Source: Octopus sinensis (Eukaryota). Taken from it: a stretch of 64,000 nt of DNA. The notes under the pieces are model-generated. The model worked only from the letters and a program-made list of their open reading frames with translations, made no database searches and had not been told where the DNA came from. Shown piece by piece: positions 34,597 to 47,652 of the stretch. The translations under genes and the position numbers were made by a program. Every line of letters starts with the position of its first letter. The stretch's first letter is position 1. The stretch is taken from the NCBI RefSeq assembly GCF_006345805.1, contig NW_021836159.1, positions 6,064-70,063 on the forward strand. Direction: 5' to 3'.

Positions 34597-36612
34597 CATT
34601 TATCAATGTGCAAGTGAGTTTATTTCGTAGCGATCGGTTCTACATGAGACTTTTATATGCAACGCAATATTTAATAGCGATATAGATCGTGAAATTCAAA
34701 TGAGGGGGCAATTGGTTCCCTTAGGAGGGACTAAAATCATGTAAGATGATGCTAATTATGAAAGAAAGTGCTCAATATATCATCAGTGATGGCAGTAACA
34801 ATGATGAGGCAAACGAATACTTAGACTTGATGCTAGAAAGAAGGAAATAAGAAGAGTAGTAACATAATATTGAAAAAGTGGAGTTTCACAATGCCCTCGG
34901 TAGATGTCAGCAAACATAACCAATTTATCTGAAACTGGAGACAAAAGAAGTCATATCTTCACATAACACACTAACGTACCTAGGTACTCAGATTTAGATA
35001 TTACTCCTTATCACTTTCTCTCTCTCTCTCTCTCTCTTTCTACCTCTCTCTCTCTCTCTCTTTCTTTCTCTCTCTATCTCTCTCTCCATGTATGTATGTA
35101 TATATGAATGTATGTATATATTTCGTTAACCCTATATGCATGGCGAAAACCATCAACGTGTTCATATTTTGAAATATCTTAACTGAGGAAGATCTTGCGT
35201 AAGAGACGAATTTTTGGTTTATTTATTGCGCTACGACCTGAAACGTAGGTATTAAATGCCTTGAAAGTATCATTACTTGCTTTAATTTCATTTTTTTATA
35301 TTATACAACTCCATGCCAGAACAAGCTAGCCAGACCTTATTCCATTTATACGGGGACTCTAACATGAATTTAAGATGGTTTCTTCTATTCGACCCCAGTC
35401 GGAAAATCTTGGTCATATGCACTGGTTTTAAGCATAACACGAAATATCAATACTCTGCCTAGATGAGTAAACATTACACATATCCAGAGAAATTTCCACA
35501 TACGGTGGAATGATTATAATCTAGCGTAATTTGTACGAATGTAAAGACAAGGGTAATATTTTTCTTATTAGAGTGGCTTAGTATTAGAAAGAGACTTGAT
35601 TCACAAAACATCACTAGAGATAACAGTAAGTCTCTGTACATGGAGACAGTGTAGTTTGGAGTTAATGCAGACAGTATACATGGAGAGAGTGCAGACAGTC
35701 TGGCCTGATAATATATCTACGTTATGTGTATATAACATCTTTATACTGGAGGTTAGAGAGAATGGGAAGGTTATATCATCTGTGTACTTGTGTGTGTGTG
35801 TGTCTGTAAATTTTCACTCTCGTATCCCAATATAATTTCTGTTTCATTTTTTCAAATTAATTTTAGGTGATAATGTCATTGATCTAAATAAGGTATTTAT
35901 CGGTACAGCACGTAATCCGATCACGTACCTGATTAGACAGCCGTTTCAGGTAAGTGTTTGGTTTTGGAATGAGATGTTTCTTAAAATATAATTTCTTAAG
36001 ATTGTTAGTTTCATTGCGAGGAATTACAACCGTGTTTCGTGGTCTGCTACCACAACAGCTACTTTATAGAATCCAGTTAGCTCAAGACATCATCAGGAGG
36101 AACCACGTCCGGTTTCGGCCCCTACTCCTCTACCGACGGTGTCTTCAGCTCTGGTGTTGGGTGCATGTCTTCTTTATTCTGTTCCCTGGCCTTTTCGATG
36201 TATACTTTCAAGACAAGAGGATGTTTTCCACTCTGTCTTCTTGTGAAGATAACTGGATAGCAATCCCAATTTAAATCATGCTACGAAATATGCCAGAATA
36301 ATATTTTCCCGAGTTCCAAAAAATGGCATGATGCATTTACATTTATTAAATTTCCAAGGGAGGCGTTATGAATTATTGGATGACTACGTTAAATTTATCC
36401 TAGATTTTCCAGTATATGCTTGTGAATAAAGTATTCATTACGTATTGAATAACGTTGCCAGCTAATATATACTAATCAGTCTACAATATGTACTAATCAG
36501 TCTAGCCATTTTAACTAGGTTTTTTTTCGTTTGTTACTGATTTAAATACTTATTGCTATCAAGCGTTCTTTGGAAGGATAAAACTCTGAAGGACGGATGA
36601 CCAGTCTTGAAA

Positions 36613-36654
<42 letters not shown>

Positions 36655-36662
36655 GATTATTA

Positions 36663-36698
<36 letters not shown>

Positions 36699-36922
36699 GA
36701 TTATTATTATTATTATGATTATTATTATTGTTGTTGTTGTTGTTATTATTATTTACTTATTTATATATTTTGTATACGAAGATTATACTGTGTTTTATCT
36801 ACAGGTGTTTACTTTCCACAACATAGGCATTACAAAATGCAAACTTACTATATTAAGTTTATCACATATATATATATATATATATGTGTGTGGTGTGTGT
36901 GTGTGTGTGTGCGTGTGCGTGC

Positions 36923-36953
<31 letters not shown>

Positions 36954-39900
36954 TGTGTGTATTAAAAAATAAACACACACACATATTTATGAAACTACAA
37001 TCTACTCACTGATTACGTGTTGCATTTACTCACTGGAAGACATAACTGGATCTTGAGATTTATCGACCTCTGATCCAAAAGATATTATAGATAGATAGCA
37101 TGTCTGTAGAACGATGTTATGATGTTCTCGCGCTAACAATACTACAGAACTTGAGCTTATGACAAAAGTAGGAATGTAAAAAGACCATTGATGAGTTAAG
37201 ACAGCAACATGCTGTATATCTGTTTCTACGAAAACTACAGTAGTGATCATATAGAAAACGAAGAAATCAGAACTGAAAGGTTGCTGTTTACAAATTTTTC
37301 TATTTTCCTTGCGTTGTTGAAAGAGAAGAAATGTGGGCGGCAGTTAGATTAGATGTTTTAATACTTCTTGGGAAAGGATAATATTGTGGTATTTCTTAGA
37401 TTGTGACAGGCAGATCGCGACAGAATGGAAAGTCTGATAATAATAGCATTTACCTTTTCAGCTCACTATTTATCATATTGCTTCCTCCATGAGGTGTTAC
37501 ATTGGCCAACCGAAAAACTCTTCAGATGTTACCGACTTAAATGAAAACTGCTGGCCTTCGTGTCTAAATTAGAAGCGATTATTATAGACTGTTGGTTCAT
37601 TGTTTTGCAGCAAGATCAGAGTCGGAGGCGATTTACTTGCTCGTGGGTAAATCAATTCATTTCCCTTATATCACTAATGCTTACGAAACAAGCATGAATA
37701 TAAGAGCGTTCGCATTTTCCAAAACTGAGACCTTCTGACAACATAAGAACTAATATTACTGAGTTTACTGTTGTTATTTACATGTGTTATATAGGCGAAA
37801 CAACGATCGTTCTTCTTCACAAATATATAAATCAACGCTATAATAACATAATAAAACATATATGAAGGTATTCACGATTATATATTATATTTTCAATAAT
37901 CTAGATGTTTATTAATTAATGTATTGAATAACCTATAAATCTGCTATGCTATGCAAACCCACACGGGTGTGCGTGTGTGTGTGGGTACGTATATGAGAGA
38001 GAGAGCCACAGAGACAGAGAGAGGGAAAGAAAGAGAGAGTGTGTTTGCATTCTCGTTTATAATTTCATTGTTCTATCTGGTTGTACATATTTCCAATAAT
38101 ATATACCTTCAAACCTCTGTTTTCAGAAATTCGTTGTTTCGTTTACTGCAAAAAGCAACAACGAATTGATAGCCGATTACGTTTACCAAAGTGGTAGTCA
38201 TTTGCCTCAGAGAAGCGTCGATGAAGCCAGGTATGAACTGATAACAACCCGTGGTAGTCAGAACCCTACTAGTCAACTGACATACCAAATTCGAGTAAGT
38301 ACTTTAACTATCTCAGTTGCCTTGGAATATCTAGGTATTATGCTACGCCACCTATCTTAATTGATTTGAGCATCCCTCATTCTGATATGTGCTACTGCAG
38401 CAACACAGAGCTCTAAGCGAACAGCAAAAGCATCGATCGTCAAAGATCCTTGACAGCTCTTGCATTTCTTCTCTGTGTACATATGTATTCTAGGCCATGG
38501 ACGTAGAGTATCATACGGTAGTTGATGTGCAGATGGTAGTGAAAATACCTGGCATTATTTTTATGTCCAATCTACCCTTAAAAATGTATTTTCCACATCT
38601 TTAGAAACTCAGAAATGATGCTATAAACCCGTGGCGAAGCCTAAAATCGAAACCTTACTGCTTTAGTAACTAGTAGCAAACCACACTTAGATCAGTGACG
38701 TGCCTTGCATACCAACTAATCAGCTTGCAGAAATACCACTCCATATTATAGAATGTTCTGTTATGTTCCGCGGGTTCACTCTTAAACATTAGTTTATATA
38801 AGCAACAAGGCCGGCAAGCATTAGCGCAGAGGTTCGAGAAGGTCCAAGAAGCTGAATGAACACTTGATTCTTTCTCCTGCTCGGCCTGTGTTTAAAAGAA
38901 TTTCTTTGTCAGCAATGCATTTTTCCAAGCACATAGCATAAACACAATATCTTCATCTCTCGCCACACAAATAAGTAACCAGCCAACACTTAGTCAAAAC
39001 AAATCAAAGCCATACATAGGATGCACAGACTGAATCCTGTGTTAAAGAAATCGTCGACTATAACGAACAGAGTATTTCTTTCGCCTCTCACGTGAAGCTA
39101 GTAATTTCTGTTATTAACGTAACTATTAACTGCATTTGCTTATAAGTACACCACGATACTCTACTGGCACGTCATTATGTTATACTATAAATATTGGGGT
39201 ATATTGCTGTATAAATAAATGTTAAACAACGTTAGTTGATTTTATTATGGAAAAGCACGCAGTCTTAATACCATACCTATATATAAAAACTCGTACACCA
39301 AAACCACCAACGTTTATATTTTTAAAGCGGTTCGTTTATGATCAAAATATCAGAATTCTTCTTTAACCTTTCTATTTTCCAAAGTCTTAGAATGTCTTTG
39401 TTGTTGTTATATTTCAGAGTTATTGCAGCCAAGGCTATTATGGTCCGAACTGTGCCATCAGGTGTGATATTCCCACCAGCGAGCAAACGAGGTTTCAGTG
39501 TGATGCTAACGGTCAAAAAGTCTGCAAGCCTGGTTTCTCTGGTCCATTGTGTAATATTAATGGTACGTGTATATTATTTCTGTCTCTTTACATCATGAAT
39601 TCAAATCCCGCCTGGATCAGTTTTACCTTTCAGCTTCCAGGGACTCATAAAATGTGGACCAATTTCTTCTTAAAACAATTTTGGCCTTATGACGAATTTT
39701 AGTAAAAAAAAATATATATAGTCTTCAGTTATTTTGCTATTACGATTCTATTATTTTGTAATATCAAATGTTCATCTACGCAGCTCATTTGCATCATTTA
39801 TTGTTTTGTTGTTGCTGCTTGTGTTGCTAATGTTGTTATTGGGCTCCGTTCGGATACATCTGTAAACTCAACATACTAATCTTCTGTTCATCAGTGTATT

Positions 39901-42900
39901 CTAGGTCCTTACTGTACAAGCATCATATAGTTTTTGATGCACATATAGCAGAACTGCAATGAAATATATTTTACTGGTTATTAATTTCACCCAATACGAC
40001 TGAACAGACTGTTGAGGTAGAAACTACTAAGTATCGTGACATTTGTATGGTTTTTGTCTATATAACACAGAGAAATAGGACTATTTACACTGTTCTCCTA
40101 CGGTATTGCGTAGATGGAAGTTTACATTTATTTCAATCAACACAAATGTTTCTATATTACCTGTTAAATTGAAGCATTATACTTCATGTTATACTGTTTC
40201 TAAAGATTTAAAGCTAAAGTTTTAATTTCTGTATAGATTGAAATGACGAGAACCCATTCTATTCATACGATTTTCTTTAAGATTAGCTAGCACTTCGATT
40301 ATCGCGAATCTGATCCCTAGCACTTCAAATTCTTGATGATCTAAAGCTGAGTCATCGAAGTTTTCTTTTTAAACCCCATAAATACCATTATTATTCATGA
40401 CAGTTTTCTAATAAAAAACAGTATTAATCCATGATGGATTAACTCCTGTTATTTTTATTTAAATAGCGTCTCTCTGATCTGTAGTCAAGACAGAAGCACA
40501 TGATTGCAAGCAAACAAACATTCGTTATTATACAGGGCTCCTGCTCCGTATAGCAGAAAGCTACGCTGCTATATAATACTTATTTACGGTGAAGCATTCT
40601 AATGAACGAGAGTTGAATATCTTTGTCATTATTCTCAATATATAATAAATGATGCTTTGACACCTTCACCTGTTGACTGACACGGTGTCCATTCCACTGG
40701 CAACTGCTCAATTCAATACAAAGTAGATAAATCTCTGTTAAAATATCAACAAATTCTCTGTTTGTGAGATTGTAAATACATTCCTGAAATAAATGTAGTT
40801 GATTCACTTTCATTTTATGGAATTGCATTATTTATATAAATAGAAAGAAAATATGTGCGTAAAAGATATGTATCGCCAACACTTTTTCAGCTGATCTATG
40901 TCGCAGCTCTCCTTGTAAAAATGATGCGACCTGTGTCCCAATGGGCTCTACGTTTAGATGCATCTGTAAACAGGGATACACAGGACAATATTGTAATAAA
41001 GGTATTTACTTTTTTTCTTATAACTTGTAAACTTTATTTGTAGGAATTTGTGACACTTTTTAATCCTAATAATCGGAAAATTATCAACATGTATTTTATT
41101 TTAGCTATAACAATGCTGTTAATTGAATCTATTTCATAGAATAAGCTCTTTTCAACGTGGACATCTTTAACATATGTACTCTCAGATTTGCACTTCTAAA
41201 TACATTAGATATTTATACAGCATTCCGTCTGGTTCTACATGTATTCCACCTGCTTGTGTGTTATGTACCTCCTCAAAAATATTCCAAGTAGTGGTTATTT
41301 GGTCATTTGTTTAACTGGACAATAATAATTCGTTGTGAGTGAAAAATAAAGCTCTTGGTAGTTGAGGTGTTAACCCATTAGTGCCCAAACTTCTTTATTT
41401 GATTTATACCAAACATCTCATTTATACAACATTATCTATACAAAATATATTTTTTAAAATTATTACAATATTTAAAAAACACTCCAGTCTTCATGGCTAA
41501 AATACAGGTGTTGCAGAAATATAATAGATTATCTTTCTGGTCCTAAAAGAAGTACTATGGGTGCTAATGGTGGTTAAAAGTTAATATCTAGTACTAGTTT
41601 CATTAATACCATGCAGATATGAGTGGATAATTAACACGTTAAAATAAATGGAAGTAAACATTTAAAAGTAGATAGGCATCTAACTGTCGAACAATTTTTT
41701 GTTAGCTACATGTTTTTAAGCAGGTGGAATTTAACTGCAAATATAGTTGAGAAGGTGTTAATAATAGTCCCTAAAAAATCTAGCAATGAAAACATGCATT
41801 ATATTGCAATACCTCTGGTGTTATTTTAAACTGGAATGAGTTTTCAGAACAAAGTTTAACAAAGTGAAAAATGGGTTAATATTGATTTATCTTAGGGATC
41901 GACGAATGCGGTCTGACGACGACTCCTTGTTTAAATGGTGGTATTTGCGTTGACGGAATTAATGGCTATTCCTGCAGATGTGCATATGGTTATACGGGAC
42001 CCAAATGCGAGACTGGTAAGAATCATGAATTTCTATTTGAATTTACAACACTATAATAAACTAATGCCAAAATTTCAGCAAATGTAAGTATTGCAAACAA
42101 TTTAGACATCAAGTTCCATGGTAAACTGAGAAAGACCAACGCACTCTAAAGATATATCTAATCAAAAATATGAAAAAGGAGAAAACAAATACTGCTTTCA
42201 ATTGATTTGAATTCTATCGTCAATATAAATTATTTCAGCAGCTTTATAGCGACTTATTAATTTACTAAATGAAATTTTTTTTCAATTTCAAATTAGAAAT
42301 ATCTTTCTACTAAAATCATTTTCCTTCTTCATATATAAAGCCACATAAAAAATGTGTGACCTATCTCTTTATTTTGTTGGAAGACTAAGTCGGTAAGCGA
42401 TAGGATATTCTCAGACTAGAAGATACAGGAGGTTGCTAATACAGTAATCTCTCGGCATATCACGGTTCACCCATTACAGTTTATTTTTCGAGCTTACGTC
42501 GATTCCTCCGTAGTGTTGTTTTGCATTTACAACATAAATGCATTTATAAAATAAATATATAAAAATTATAAAAATAATAATAATAATATACAGTGCTGCT
42601 CCTTCTTCGTAGATTTTCACCTATCGATGGAGGTTTTGGAATGTCAAATACGCGATAGTCGAGGTATTACTGTATATCACATTAACATTCGTGAGGTAAA
42701 AGGTCTTTATAATTACTGTTTGTAATATGATGATCGGGTTTAAGAGGTAGAAGCGGGATTTGGAGTGGAACACGTGAGCATGACACGTGTGCAACTCGGA
42801 GATGTGACGAAGAAGGTTCATCCAGCAAGTTAAGAATTTCACTATTAAAGCTAAAAACGAACTAGCCAGTGGTTAGATTTGAAGATTTCTAATAATCTGG

Positions 42901-45900
42901 AATATATCTATAAGCATGCAAAGAAGTCGGGGATTAATGGTGTCCAACATAGATATGAGAGACACATTCCTTACTGAGTGATATCTGGATCTCACATAAC
43001 CTAATTTCTACCAACAAATAAAGCTTATGTTCGCAATTGCATTGAATACCACATTAATTTCGGCATTGGGATTACATGGTACAAAAAGATATTTAGAAAA
43101 GTAAAACAAAAATCATTCAAACGAAGTGAAATATATTATCATTGTCCGGCAGTCGTTTACTTAATACATCTTTATTTCTATTATCAAATGATCTTATCTT
43201 AATTAAATTTCTATTTGAGAATAATTTTTGACGTTTTGTAGATGACCTGTGGGCTAAATTAGTAATTGTAAATCAATCATACTAATCGGATAGTGATTTT
43301 GACTCAATAACGATAATACTGTATTAAACAGGTCTGCTATAATTATAGTTAGCTATAAGACGTCTTAAGTGTGCTAGCATTGCCACCGAGTTGTAATTTA
43401 GAACAGTTGGAAAAAAACGCACAACATTATCTTATTTACAAAACTGAATCTTTTTTGTGTTTGTATTTAAGTAAGGCATTTATGGATTTAGTGAATGTTG
43501 TTTTATTAAATAGTAAATCAAGTAGATTTATTCTGTTAATTTGTTTTTGTTTTGAATCTAGTTCTTTCAGCATGTTTGTCAGCACCTTGTATGAACGGTG
43601 GTCAATGTTCGAATGCAGGTACATCATTTGTGTGCCAATGTCTTCCTAACTTTTACGGTCCTCGTTGTCAAATTGAAGATAAATGTCGCTCAGTGACTTG
43701 CCTAAATGGTGGCCGATGTACTACAACTAACTTTGTTGCGAAATGTAATTGCCCATCTGGATTTACTGGTCCACGATGTGAAAATCCCATTAATTCCTGT
43801 CAATCTTCACCGTGTCAAAATGGTGGAACATGCTATCCAAATGGAGTTCAATTCACTTGTCGTTGCCCTGTTGGACTCAGAGGACTACGATGTGAACAAC
43901 CATTTTGCTCAGCAAATATCTGTCAAAATGGTGGAACATGTCAGCTTGTAAACAATCAAGTTTCTTGCATATGTCTCAATGGATTTCAAGGTAATAGATG
44001 CCAGGTGCCGATTCAGTGTTATCCACCATGTCAAAATGGAGGAATTTGTAACACTAACACAAGAATGTGCAACTGCCCTCATGGATTCGTTGGCCCAGAT
44101 TGTTCAAGAAGAGATGATTGCGCGTTAAATCCAAATATCTGTCAAAATGGTGGAACATGTCAGCTTGTAAACAATCAAGTTTCTTGCATATGTCTCAATG
44201 GATTTCAAGGTAATAGATGCCAGGTGCCGATTCAGTGTTATCCACCATGTCAAAATGGAGGAATTTGTAACACTAACACAAGAATGTGCAACTGCCCTCA
44301 TGGATTCGTTGGTCCAGATTGTTCAAGGAGAGATGATTGCGCGTTAAATCCAAATATCTGTCAAAATGGTGGAACATGTCAGCTTGTAAACAATCAAGTT
44401 TCTTGCATATGTCTCAATGGATTTCAAGGTAATAGATGCCAGGTGCCGATTCAGTGTTATCCACCATGTCAAAATGGAGGAATTTGTAACACTAACACAA
44501 GAATGTGCAACTGCCCTCATGGATTCGTTGGTCCAGATTGTTCAAGAAGAGATGATTGCGCGTTAAATCCAAATATCTGTCAAAATGGTGGAACATGTCA
44601 GCTTGTAAACAATCAAGTTTCTTGCATATGTCTCAATGGATTTCAAGGTAATAGATGCCAGGTGCCGATTCAGTGTTATCCACCATGTCAAAATGGAGGA
44701 ATTTGTAATACTAACACAAGAATGTGCAACTGCCGTCATGGATTCGTTGGTCCAGATTGTTCAAGAAGAGATGATTGCGCGTTAAATCCAAATATCTGTC
44801 AAAATGGTGGAACATGTCAGCTTGTAAACAATCAAGTTTCTTGCATATGTCTCAATGGATTTCAAGGTGATAGATGCCAGGTGCCGATTCAGTGTTATCC
44901 ACCATGTCAAAATGGAGGAATTTGTAACACTAACACAAGAATGTGCAACTGCCGTCATGGATTCGTTGGTCCAGATTGTTCAAGAAGAGATGATTGCGCG
45001 TTAAATCCAAATATCTGTCAAAATGGTGGAAGATGTCAGCTGGTAAACGATCAAATCACTTGCGCATGTATAAATGGCTTTTATGGAGATAGGTGCCAGT
45101 TCCCAAGTCTGTGCTCTCCAAAATGTCAAAATGGAGGAACTTGTAATGTAAACACAAGAATATGCGACTGTCCTCCCGGATTTGGTGGTCGAGATTGTTC
45201 GAGAAGAGATCCTTGTGCTTCAAAGCCATGTTTGAATAATGGCCAATGTATTGTACAAAATGATTTTGACTACATTTGTGCGTGTCGCCAAGGATGGAGT
45301 GGTAAAAACTGTGGGAGTACCACTACGCCTTGTTCGAATAACCCCTGTTTGAACGGTGGACAGTGCTATCCTATGGGCAACAGCTTTACTTGTTATTGTC
45401 CACAAGGCTGGACTGGACAGAGATGCGGCAGTCAAACCAATCCATGCACTCCAAATCCTTGCCAAAACAACGGCCAGTGTAGCATGTTTGGACCAAATGG
45501 ATTCACTTGCACTTGTGCTAGTGGATGGTCTGGCAAGTTTTGTAACGAAAGTGGTTCAATCTATTGTCCGTCTCGCCATTGTTCTAACGGAGGAACCTGC
45601 ATCCACACTGCCAACCAATTACGTTGCCGATGTCCATTTGGCTTTAAAGGAATCTACTGTGAAGGTAAGCATAGCTGTTTAATGTTACATAATTTGTACT
45701 TGTGAACCGGATCCATAATTCGATTTTGATTTCTAGCGACAATCTTTTCACTTTACTTAGGTATGCGTTCAAAAATTGTATGGACATTAATTAGAATATA
45801 CTGTTTCCTATTTCTATCTTTTCCAGAAATTAATATAAAACCAAATTACTATTACACATAATTATAATACAGTTAATAATTTTAAAACTTTTGACAATTT

Positions 45901-47612
45901 TAATATTCCAAATTTACATTTTTTTCATGAATTTCTTATACAGTTCTAAAATTTTGAAAAATCCCTGATGTTCTCGAAATCAGATTGCTTAATCGTTTAT
46001 TACCTTCTTCCAGCCTCTGGAAAGTGCCAGTTCAAATCGCTTTTGTTTATTGCACATATAAACATTTCATTTGAATATTGCTGGAAAAATTTGCCCCCAT
46101 TGAACTGTAAAATTGTTTTGCTGCTTTGAATAAGAATAGAACTTATAAAAGCAATAAACAGATATACCAAGATAATTGTATTAAAGGAACTAACGGAAAT
46201 ATTTCATGGAAGCATTCCGCGTGCAAAAACACCGGTAAACTTGCAGCTATTGGAGTTCCCTATCTTACTATTTTTGTTCTTTTTTTAAATTTTAAATATT
46301 AATAAAGGAATTTTTGTTTCTTAATCCAAGATTAATCTTAGTTGGTAAACGTTTCCCAATTCTGAGACTTACATGATGTGTGTTATGTGTTTGTGTGCAC
46401 GAACATATGTGTATATGAATGAAACTAATATGGCTTTTGATTTATATTGTTCTTTTGTAGTACCAGACCGCCAAGCAAGTAAGTACAATACCTTTAATTT
46501 ATTACTAAATTTCAGGAGTTAATAAATTCATTTTCCCTATTTGATTTGCTCAAATTATTAACATTTATTCTGATCATTTCATTTGGCGTTTTTCAAACTG
46601 ACTACCCCCACCTTAACGATTATGTGTTCACATGAGTATATTTTTTTATGCCTTGATAAGGCTAGGAAAAAAACTGCGAATATCCATTTAAAGCATCCGT
46701 CTTCACTGCCTGAGAAATGAGAAAAAAGAGTGTCGTTAGTTCTATGTATTTAAATGATTTCAAGTTAGTAGCTTTAGGGTGGGCATTCAACAAACAGATG
46801 GTTCTGTTGGCATAAATATATCAAGAGGAAAACAGAAATTTCAAATACACGAGATACTTACGTATACGGAACAGAGATGTAAGTACGTTCGAGTTGATAC
46901 ATATTGTGACAAAACGAATGTAAGAAATACATCAGATATTTATGCAGTGATTAGATAAACAGCTTCTTGCTGAGGGTAATTATTTTACAATGCAGGGTTA
47001 AATATGAAAGAAATATAAGATTCTGACCAGCTTTTCTGATACTGACAGCTAGTATGTTTTGGTTAAAAGGTTTCATTCACAATATATTGTTTACAAAAAT
47101 TATCAAGTTAAAATTTTCTCTTTAAAACACAAAAATAGAAAAGAAAAATATACATTCGTTTTGAAATTTCTCAAGTCAGTTCATTGAATATGCAAAGCAA
47201 ATATATTTTAGTAACTGATTAAGAGGATTTAACTCTTCCTCATGCTTTATCTTCATCTGTCATTGCCATATAGGAGTACATCTAAGATTCTGTTGTTAAA
47301 AATTATGTGCTGTAAATCGGTTATATTTCTACAATGCACAAAATATTTTAACAATTGTTTTAATACAATTCCTAGTATTATTTAATATCAATAATATAAT
47401 AGGCTTTTTTAAACATCAGAGTCCACCTGAATAAAACAGGAATCAAAGGGGTCCATAGATGAAAACAAATAGTTAAAAAACACTAATTTGAATGAATTGA
47501 GATGAGAGTCGACGAAGATGATGGTGGTGGTGGTGGTGTTTATATTCATTTTAGTGTATAGAACCTATACAGCCACTATGCATTATCTTCTGATTAATAC
47601 CCACTTGTACGC

Positions 47613-47652
<40 letters not shown>

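Noticed and set aside
43921-45234. CRISPR-like or non-coding satellite interpretation of the 219-bp repeats
   Set aside because: Units are contiguous, in frame and encode EGF pairs; there are no spacers and the genome is eukaryotic.
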